This document shows, piece after piece, positions 46,277-52,630 of a stretch of 52,630 bases of DNA (position 1 is its first letter; the number at the start of each line of letters is the position of its first letter). The position numbers and the translations under genes are program-made. The DNA lies in the NCBI GenBank assembly GCA_937893945.1, contig CALCTA010000087.1, forward strand, positions 1-52,630, read 5' to 3'. The notes beneath the pieces are model-generated. The model was given only the letters and a program-made list of their open reading frames with translations. It was not told where the DNA came from and searched no databases. Source of the DNA: an uncultured Clostridia bacterium (GTDB lineage Bacteria > Bacillota > Clostridia > Oscillospirales > CAG-272).

Positions 46277-46317
46277 GACCTGTCTTGCTAAAGAGGGATA
46301 GGACTGCCCATTTTTTT
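46272..46317 (+). terminator. Riboswitch expression platform: intrinsic terminator overlapping the aptamer 3' end
   Basis: GGGCAGACCT (46272-46281) pairs with AGGACTGCCC (46300-46309) with one mismatch, followed by TTTTTTT. The 5' arm reuses the GGGCA of the aptamer, so ligand binding should prevent termination (ON switch). Confidence 0.8.
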
Positions 46318-46334
46318 AAATTTTGGAGGGAAGT

Positions 46335-46829
46335 ATGAAAAAAGTTGGAATCATTATGGGAAGCGATAGCGATCTCCCTGTAGTAAGCAAGGCTATCGAC
46401 ACGCTTAAGGAGTATGGCGTACCCTTCGAGGTGCATATCTACTCGGCTCACAGAACACCCGTAGAGGCAAAGGAGTTCTCATCATCTGCGCGTCAGAATG
46501 GCTTTGGCGCTATCATTGCGGCTGCGGGAATGGCAGCGCATCTTGCAGGTGCTATTGCGGCTAATACAACTCTGCCTGTTATCGGAATACCCGTACAATC
46601 TAAAAATTTAGGCGGCATGGACGCTCTTTTGTCAACGGTACAGATGCCCTCAGGTATCCCTGTAGCAACCGTTGCAATTGATGGCGCGACCAATGCCGCT
46701 TTATTAGCTATACAGATACTTGCGGTTGAGGACGCAGAGCTTGCAAAGAAGCTTGACGACGCGCGCAATGCAGGCGCTGAAAAGGTACTCAAGAAGAACG
46801 CGGACATCGCCGCTACCTATAATCTGTAA
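46335..46829 (+). CDS. purE: N5-carboxyaminoimidazole ribonucleotide mutase (class I PurE by the SAHRTP motif)
   Basis: [16 protein letters not shown] and YSAHRTP motifs. I chose the ATG at 46335 with a GGAGGG RBS. The track start at 46323 is a TTG. Confidence 0.9.
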   Translation: MKKVGIIMGSDSDLPVVSKAIDTLKEYGVPFEVHIYSAHRTPVEAKEFSSSARQNGFGAIIAAAGMAAHLAGAIAANTTLPVIGIPVQSKNLGGMDALLSTVQMPSGIPVATVAIDGATNAALLAIQILAVEDAELAKKLDDARNAGAEKVLKKNADIAATYNL

Positions 46830-46868
46830 TCGGAAATTTAGCAAACAAGTAACCACGGGAGGAAAGCT

Positions 46869-48293
46869 ATGGGTGGATTTTTTGGAGTCGTAAGCTCACA
46901 CGACGCCATCTCAGACGTATTCTTTGGAACCGATTATCACTCTCACCTTGGACCAAGGCGCGGAGGTATGGCGTCTTATGACGCCGAGATCGGATTTCAA
47001 AGAGACATTCACAATATTGAAAACTCACCTTTCAGAACTAAATTTGATCACATCTTTGAGGAGATGAAGGGTAATTCGGCGATAGGCTGTATAAGCGACA
47101 GTGATCCGCAGCCTCTGCTGATGCGCTCAAGCATGGGAGTATATGCTATAAGCTTTGTCGGACGTATAAACAACGCCGAGGAGCTTATTGAAAAATATCT
47201 TCTTGAAAACGGCGGACATTTCAACGCTATGACAGGCGGAAAGATAAACTCTGTTGAGCTTGTATCCGCGCTAATAAGCTATAAGGGCGACTTCTGTGAG
47301 GGTATCAAGTTCGCGCAGGAAAATATTGACGGTTCAATGTCTCTCCTTATTCTCAAGGAGGGAGGAAATCTAATAGCCGCAAGAGATAAAATGGGTAGGT
47401 TGCCTGTCATCGTCGGCAAGAGCAATTACGGACACAGCGTTTCCTTTGAGTCCTTCGCTTTTGAAAAGCTTGATTACAAAAAGGAATATGAGTTAGGCCC
47501 GGGAGAGATAGTAGAGCTTACGCCAAACGAAATAATTCAGCTCTCACCGCCCGGTGAAGAGATGAAGATATGCTCGTTCCTCTGGAGCTATTACGGATAT
47601 TCAAACTCCACCTACGAGGGAGTTAATGTTGAGCTTATGAGGTATAAGAACGGCGAAATACTTGCTCAGAATGATAAAGCTTCGGGCGCGGCTCAGGATA
47701 TCGACTATGTTTGCGGAGTTCCCGATTCAGGCACACCGCACGCTATCGGATATTCAAACGAGAGCAACGTGCATTTTGCCCGTCCGTTTATCAAATACAC
47801 TCCCACCTGGCCCAGAAGCTTCACCTCTGCAAAGCAGAAGGACAGAAACAAGATAGCAAAGATGAAGCAGATACCCGTAAACGAGCTTATCAAGGGAAAG
47901 AAGCTCCTTTTCGTAGATGATTCTATCGTAAGAGGAACACAGCTTCGCGAAACGGTAGAATTCCTTTATGAGAACGGAGCGGAGTCGGTGCATATGCGCT
48001 CAGCTTGTCCGCCTATCATGTACGGCTGTAAGTATCTTAACTTCTCGCGCAACACCGACGACCTTGAGCTTATAGCAAGGCGCACCATTATGGAGCTTGA
48101 GGGAGCTGAGGGCTTTAATTACATTGACGAATACAGCGACGCTTCTACCGAAAGAGGACAAAAGCTTCGCAAGAGAATAGCAAAGAAATTCAAATTTGAT
48201 TCACTTGAGTTCCAATCTCTTGAAGGAATCATCAAGGCAATAGGCATAGACCCTTGCAAGCTCTGTACTTATTGCTGGAACGGCAAGGGCTGA
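46869..48293 (+). CDS. purF: Amidophosphoribosyltransferase homologue lacking the N-terminal catalytic cysteine
   Basis: 474 aa. PRPP-binding loop [13 protein letters not shown]. An Ntn-amidotransferase-like N-domain, but the N-terminus is MGGFFGVV instead of MCG(I/V). C-terminal Cys cluster CKLCTYC. Located in the purF position of the operon. Confidence 0.75.
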   Translation: MGGFFGVVSSHDAISDVFFGTDYHSHLGPRRGGMASYDAEIGFQRDIHNIENSPFRTKFDHIFEEMKGNSAIGCISDSDPQPLLMRSSMGVYAISFVGRINNAEELIEKYLLENGGHFNAMTGGKINSVELVSALISYKGDFCEGIKFAQENIDGSMSLLILKEGGNLIAARDKMGRLPVIVGKSNYGHSVSFESFAFEKLDYKKEYELGPGEIVELTPNEIIQLSPPGEEMKICSFLWSYYGYSNSTYEGVNVELMRYKNGEILAQNDKASGAAQDIDYVCGVPDSGTPHAIGYSNESNVHFARPFIKYTPTWPRSFTSAKQKDRNKIAKMKQIPVNELIKGKKLLFVDDSIVRGTQLRETVEFLYENGAESVHMRSACPPIMYGCKYLNFSRNTDDLELIARRTIMELEGAEGFNYIDEYSDASTERGQKLRKRIAKKFKFDSLEFQSLEGIIKAIGIDPCKLCTYCWNGKG

Positions 48294-48333
48294 TCAAAGT
48301 ATCAAAAGTTTATTTAGGAAAGGAATATTGAAA

Positions 48334-49377
48334 ATGTCAAACAGTTACAGTGAAAGCTACAAGGCGGCAGGCGTTGATATAACCGCAGGCTATGCGGCAG
48401 TTGAGCTTATGAAAAAGCATATAGCACGTACAAAGAACGAGGGTTGCCTTGACGATGTGGGCGGCTTTGGCGGTTGCTTTGGTCTTAACCTTGCGGGAAT
48501 GGAAGAGCCCGTTCTTGTTTCGGGTACAGACGGAGTCGGAACTAAGCTTCGTTTCGCTATGCTTCTCGATAAGCACGACACCATCGGCATAGACGCAGTC
48601 GCTATGTGCGTCAACGATATCATCTGCTGTGGAGCAAGACCGCTCTTTTTCCTTGACTATATTGCTTGTGGAAAGAACTACCCCGAAAAGATAGCGGCTA
48701 TCGTAGCAGGCGTTGCTGAGGGCTGCGTGCGTTCTGGCTCTGCGCTTATAGGCGGAGAGACTGCTGAGCATCCCGGCATGATGCCTGAGAACGATTACGA
48801 TCTCGCCGGCTTCAGCGTAGGTATCGTAGATAAGAAAAAGATCATAGACAACTCCAAGATGGCAGAAGGAGACGTAGTGATCGCTCTCGCTTCGAGCGGA
48901 GTTCACTCCAACGGCTTCTCACTCGTTCGCAAGGTGTTTGACGTTGAGAACAATACACACCTCACCGATCCCTGCGAGGAGCTTGGCGGAAAGAGTATAG
49001 CAGAAACACTTCTCACACCCACAAGAATTTACGTAAAGCCTGTTCTCGCGCTTCTTGAGAAGGTCAACGTAAAGGGAATAAGCCATATCACAGGCGGCGG
49101 CTTCTATGAGAATATCCCGAGATCCATTCCAGACGGACTTACCGCTAAAATAACCAGATCGGCAGTAAAGGTGCTTCCTATCTTTGACATGATCGCAAAG
49201 GTGGGCAACATTCCCGAGAGAGATATGTTCAACACCTTTAATATGGGTGTTGGAATGAGTATAGTAGTTCCCGCGGACGAGGTAGATACAGCTCTCGCGA
49301 TCCTCAGAGAAAACGGTGAGGACGCTTACGTTATCGGTGAGATAATCAAGGGCGATGACGGAGTGGTGTTCTGCTGA
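48334..49377 (+). CDS. purM: Phosphoribosylformylglycinamidine cyclo-ligase (AIR synthetase)
   Basis: YKAAGVDI and GTDGVGTKL motifs. I chose the ATG at 48334 over the TTG at 48328. Confidence 0.92.
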   Translation: MSNSYSESYKAAGVDITAGYAAVELMKKHIARTKNEGCLDDVGGFGGCFGLNLAGMEEPVLVSGTDGVGTKLRFAMLLDKHDTIGIDAVAMCVNDIICCGARPLFFLDYIACGKNYPEKIAAIVAGVAEGCVRSGSALIGGETAEHPGMMPENDYDLAGFSVGIVDKKKIIDNSKMAEGDVVIALASSGVHSNGFSLVRKVFDVENNTHLTDPCEELGGKSIAETLLTPTRIYVKPVLALLEKVNVKGISHITGGGFYENIPRSIPDGLTAKITRSAVKVLPIFDMIAKVGNIPERDMFNTFNMGVGMSIVVPADEVDTALAILRENGEDAYVIGEIIKGDDGVVFC

Positions 49378-50018
49378 TGAAAAATAATATTACTAAGATC
49401 GCGGTTTTAGTTTCGGGTGGCGGAACTAATCTTCAGGCGCTTATAGATGCTGAGAAGAGAGGAGAGCTTGGCAACGGAAAGATAACTCTTGTGCTTTCCT
49501 CAAAGCCAGACGTTTACGCCTTGCAAAGAGCCGCCGACAACGGTATAGCTTCTAAAGTGCTTTCAAGAAAGGATTTTGAGGATATATCGGCATACTCACG
49601 CGCTCTTGCCGATGCGCTTACCGAGGCAGAAGCAGATCTCGTGGTGCTTGCAGGATTTCTGACTATAATAGACGAGCAGGTCTATGAGAGATTTCCCAAC
49701 AGGATCATCAACGTTCACCCCGCGCTTATCCCGTCCTTCTGCGGAAAGGGCTATTACGGACTTCGTGTTCACGAGGCGGCGCTCGAGAAGGGCGTTAAGG
49801 TCTCGGGCGCAACCGTACATATCGTAACACCTGAGTGCGATGCCGGACCTATAATATTGCAGAAGGCAGTCGAGGTAAAGCAGGACGACACCCCCGAAAC
49901 GCTCCAGCGCAGAATAATGGAGCAAGCCGAGTGGAAGATACTTCCCGAGGCGGTAAAGCTCTTCTGCGATGGCAGAATAACAGTTGAAAACAATAAAGTC
50001 TATATTAAAGGAGAATAA
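49377..50018 (+). CDS. purN: Phosphoribosylglycinamide formyltransferase
   Basis: IAVLVSGGGTNLQALID and INVHPALIPSFCG motifs. Its start overlaps the purM stop (TGATGA). Confidence 0.92.
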   Translation: MKNNITKIAVLVSGGGTNLQALIDAEKRGELGNGKITLVLSSKPDVYALQRAADNGIASKVLSRKDFEDISAYSRALADALTEAEADLVVLAGFLTIIDEQVYERFPNRIINVHPALIPSFCGKGYYGLRVHEAALEKGVKVSGATVHIVTPECDAGPIILQKAVEVKQDDTPETLQRRIMEQAEWKILPEAVKLFCDGRITVENNKVYIKGE

Positions 50019-50021
50019 AAA

Positions 50022-50738
50022 ATGAAGGTAACATCTATCGCAAACGAGCTTAATTCTCTCGCTTATCATGGCAGAGGAATTATAATTGGTAAGAGCGCTG
50101 ACTCTAAAAAGGCAGTTACCGCTTACTTCATCATGGGAAGAAGCGTAAACAGCCGCAACCGCGTTTTCATTGCTGAAGGCGACGCTATGCGCACAAAAGC
50201 TTACGACGAATCCAAGATGGTCGACCCTCACCTCATTATTTATTATCCCGTAAGAGTCCTCGGCAACAAAACTATCGTAACCAACGGCGATCAGACCGAT
50301 ACCATATACGACCTTATGGACAAGCAGATGACCTTTGAGCAGGCTCTTCGCACCAGAGAGTTTGAGGACGATAAGCCTAACTTCACCCCCAGAATTTCGG
50401 GAATCATCCGCCGTGAACGCGAGGGAATGAACTTTGCGCTTTCTATCCTCAAGAGCGCAGAGGGCGACGATAGCTCCTGCGAGAGATTTACCTACGCGTA
50501 CTCTAATCCCGTAGCAGGCAGAGCTAAGTTTATACACACCTACAACGGCGACGGTAATCCGCTTCCGTCCTTTGAGGGCGAGCCTAAGACGCTCGAGCTT
50601 CCCGACGTGGATATCGATACGCTCACCGACCTTATCTGGACCAATCTCAACGAGGATAACAAGGTTTCTCTCTTCGTAAGATACATAGATATCGAAACAG
50701 GCGAATCCGAAACAAGAATCGTAAACAAAAATCTTTAA
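50022..50738 (+). CDS. purO: Archaeal-type IMP cyclohydrolase (PurO family)
   Basis: 238 aa. Pattern GRGIIIGKS...YFIMGRSVNSRNR...TNGDQTD matches my recollection of the PurO/IMP_cyclohyd family. It lies directly upstream of an AICARFT-only purH. Confidence 0.7.
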   Translation: MKVTSIANELNSLAYHGRGIIIGKSADSKKAVTAYFIMGRSVNSRNRVFIAEGDAMRTKAYDESKMVDPHLIIYYPVRVLGNKTIVTNGDQTDTIYDLMDKQMTFEQALRTREFEDDKPNFTPRISGIIRREREGMNFALSILKSAEGDDSSCERFTYAYSNPVAGRAKFIHTYNGDGNPLPSFEGEPKTLELPDVDIDTLTDLIWTNLNEDNKVSLFVRYIDIETGESETRIVNKNL

Positions 50739-50750
50739 TAGAGGTGCGAA

Positions 50751-51935
50751 ATGAAAGAATTTGAACTTAAGTATGGCTGTAACCCCAATCAGAAGCCCGC
50801 TAAGATATATATGCAGGACGGCTCTGAGCTTCCTATCGAAATACTCTGCGGACGCCCCGGATATATCAACTTTCTTGACGCGTTTAACAGCTGGCAGCTC
50901 GTTAAAGAGCTCAAAGAGGCTCTCGGGCTTCCTGCCGTAACATCCTTTAAGCACGTCAGCCCCACCTCTGCGGCAGTAGGAATTCCGCTTTCAGATAAGC
51001 TTAAGAAGGCTTGCTTCGTTGACGATATTGAGGGTCTTGACGAGTCTCCCCTCGCTTGCGCTTATGCAAGAGCAAGAGGAACAGACAGAATGTGCTCTTT
51101 TGGCGACTGGGTAGCACTCTCTGACGTCTGCGACGTAACTACCGCGCTGATGATCAAGCGCGAGGTATCCGACGGTATCATTGCTCCCGGATACGAGCCT
51201 GAAGCTCTTGAGATACTCAAGACCAAGCGCAAGGGCAATTACAATATCGTAAAGATCGATCCTAACTACGTTCCCGCCTCTCAAGAATGTAAGCAGGTTT
51301 ACGGCATTACATTCGAGCAGGGAAGAAACAATTTTGAAATAAACAAGGAGCTTCTCTCAAATCTCGTAACTGCTAACAAGGATATGCCCGAAAGTGCGGT
51401 CCGTGATCTTATAGTCGCTCTTATCACACTTAAATACACGCAGTCGAACTCTGTTTGCTACGCGGTTGACGGACAGGCTATCGGTGTTGGCGCAGGTCAG
51501 CAGTCGAGAGTTCATTGCACCAGACTTGCGGGCGGTAAGGCAGACACTTGGTTCCTTCGTCAGCACGATAAGGTCCTTAACCTTCCTTTCAAGGACACCC
51601 TTGGCAGACCTGACCGTGATAACGTTATCGACGGCTACATCAATCAGAACGAAGAGGACGTTTGCGCAGATGGTAATTGGCAGAAGTACTTCACAGAGCA
51701 ACCCGAGCACTTCACAATGGAAGAGCAGAGAGCATATCTCGACACTATTGACGGCGTAGCTCTTGGCTCTGACGCCTTCTTCCCGTTCAGCGACAATATT
51801 GAGCGTGCGAAGAAATCGGGCGTTAAGTATATTGCTGAGCCCGGCGGATCTATCCGTGATGATCTTGTTATCGAGTGCTGCGACAGATACGGCATGGTAA
51901 TGGCGTTCACCGGAATGAGACTCTTCCACCATTGA
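50751..51935 (+). CDS. purH: AICAR formyltransferase (PurH C-terminal domain only, no MGS-like IMP cyclohydrolase domain)
   Basis: 394 aa. It starts with the AICARFT region (LKYGCNPNQ) and ends with the typical FTGMRLFHH. It is too short to hold the bifunctional PurH N-domain. Confidence 0.85.
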   Translation: MKEFELKYGCNPNQKPAKIYMQDGSELPIEILCGRPGYINFLDAFNSWQLVKELKEALGLPAVTSFKHVSPTSAAVGIPLSDKLKKACFVDDIEGLDESPLACAYARARGTDRMCSFGDWVALSDVCDVTTALMIKREVSDGIIAPGYEPEALEILKTKRKGNYNIVKIDPNYVPASQECKQVYGITFEQGRNNFEINKELLSNLVTANKDMPESAVRDLIVALITLKYTQSNSVCYAVDGQAIGVGAGQQSRVHCTRLAGGKADTWFLRQHDKVLNLPFKDTLGRPDRDNVIDGYINQNEEDVCADGNWQKYFTEQPEHFTMEEQRAYLDTIDGVALGSDAFFPFSDNIERAKKSGVKYIAEPGGSIRDDLVIECCDRYGMVMAFTGMRLFHH

Positions 51936-51954
51936 TTTTTTGGAGTATTTGACT

Positions 51955-52630
51955 ATGAAGATTTTAGTTGTTGGCGGTGGCGGAAGAGAACACGCCATCA
52001 TAAAAAAGATCAAGGAGAACCCTACAGTCGAGAAGATATACGCGCTCCCCGGAAACGGCGGCATCGCCGAGGACGCGGAATGTGTTGCTATAGGCGCTAA
52101 GGAAATAGACAAAATAGTTGACTTTGCCGTTTCCAATAATATCGACTACGCTATCGTAGCTCCCGACGATCCGCTCGTGCTTGGAGCTGTTGATAAGTTA
52201 AGCGAGGCAGGTATAGCTTGCTTCGGTCCTCGCGCAAACGCGGCTATTATTGAGGGAAGTAAGATATTCTCCAAGAATCTTATGAAGAAATACGGTATTC
52301 TTACCGCTGAATATGAGGTATTCGAGTCTCCCGAGGAGGCAGAAAAGTATCTTATGACCGCACCGCTTCCGACAGTTATAAAGGCTGACGGTCTTGCGCT
52401 CGGTAAAGGTGTTATAATAGCAAACACCCGCGAAGAAGCAAAAGATGCGGTTGTTTCTATGATGCAGGATAAGGTGTTTGGCAAGAGCGGTGACCATATC
52501 GTTATCGAAGAATTCCTCGAAGGTCCGGAAGTTTCCGTTCTGGCATTTACAGACGGCCACTGTGTTCGCCCTATGATTTCTTCCAAAGACCACAAACGTG
52601 CCTTTGACAATGATGAAGGTCTGAACACAG
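51955..52630 (+). CDS. purD: Phosphoribosylamine-glycine ligase (3' end outside the window)
   Basis: My own translation from the ATG at 51955 gives MKILVVGGGGREHAIIKKIKENPTVEKIYALPGNGG... The frame stays open to the window end. GGAG RBS. It is absent from the ORF track because no stop is reached. Confidence 0.9.
   Translation, partial: MKILVVGGGGREHAIIKKIKENPTVEKIYALPGNGGIAEDAECVAIGAKEIDKIVDFAVSNNIDYAIVAPDDPLVLGAVDKLSEAGIACFGPRANAAIIEGSKIFSKNLMKKYGILTAEYEVFESPEEAEKYLMTAPLPTVIKADGLALGKGVIIANTREEAKDAVVSMMQDKVFGKSGDHIVIEEFLEGPEVSVLAFTDGHCVRPMISSKDHKRAFDNDEGLNT

Noticed and set aside
46173-46451. A 92-aa minus-strand ORF spanning the alr-purE intergenic region.
   Set aside because: The region is fully explained by the pur promoter, the ZTP riboswitch, its terminator and the start of purE. 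The ORF has no RBS or motif.
1-52630. I scanned for CRISPR arrays, tRNA/rRNA genes, IS elements, integrases, prophage genes, toxin-antitoxin pairs and known defence-system hallmarks.
   Set aside because: - No regularly spaced repeats.
- No cloverleaf-capable intergenic segments (all intergenic gaps are 231 bp or shorter and AT-rich).
- No transposase, recombinase or defence-type domains in any ORF.

Overview
This is a chromosomal window from a Firmicutes (Clostridia-like) genome. The assignment rests on AddAB rather than RecBCD, a PolC-type replicase, and the pyrH-frr-uppS-cdsA-dxr-rseP-ispG-polC gene order. Coding density is about 90% and most genes are housekeeping.

Gene content in order:
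- dnaJ (5' truncated by the window edge) and prmA.
- A signal-less DUF11 repeat protein.
- An unknown membrane protein followed by addB-addA.
- An HtrA-like protease with an OmpR/HisKA two-component pair.
- An RlmA-like rRNA methyltransferase, a GT2 glycosyltransferase and a nitroreductase.
- A DUF1846/UPF0371 gene.
- A class III ribonucleotide reductase module (trxB-like, nrdD, nrdG) with tandem NrdR boxes.
- An XRE-family regulator and a polytopic membrane protein.
- The pyrH-to-polC block.
- A ZIP metal importer, divergent from a six-gene operon: 2 BspA-type LRR lipoproteins, 3 SPFH/HflKC-like proteins and a P1B ATPase.
- purC and alr.
- A ZTP (pfl-motif) riboswitch driving purE-purF(like)-purM-purN-purO-purH(AICARFT only)-purD (3' truncated).

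I saw no rRNA, tRNA, CRISPR array, transposase, integrase or phage genes.

The best candidate for an undescribed system is the LRR-lipoprotein / triple-SPFH / P-type ATPase operon at 36.2-44.0 kb. Secondary points of interest are:
- an NrdD with a fused C-terminal thioredoxin-fold domain, next to a thioredoxin-reductase homologue that lacks the NADPH 2'-phosphate motif;
- a PurF homologue that lacks the N-terminal catalytic cysteine;
- a leaderless DUF11 protein.

All calls come from reading motifs in the supplied translations and DNA. No database search was possible, so family assignments are recognition-based.
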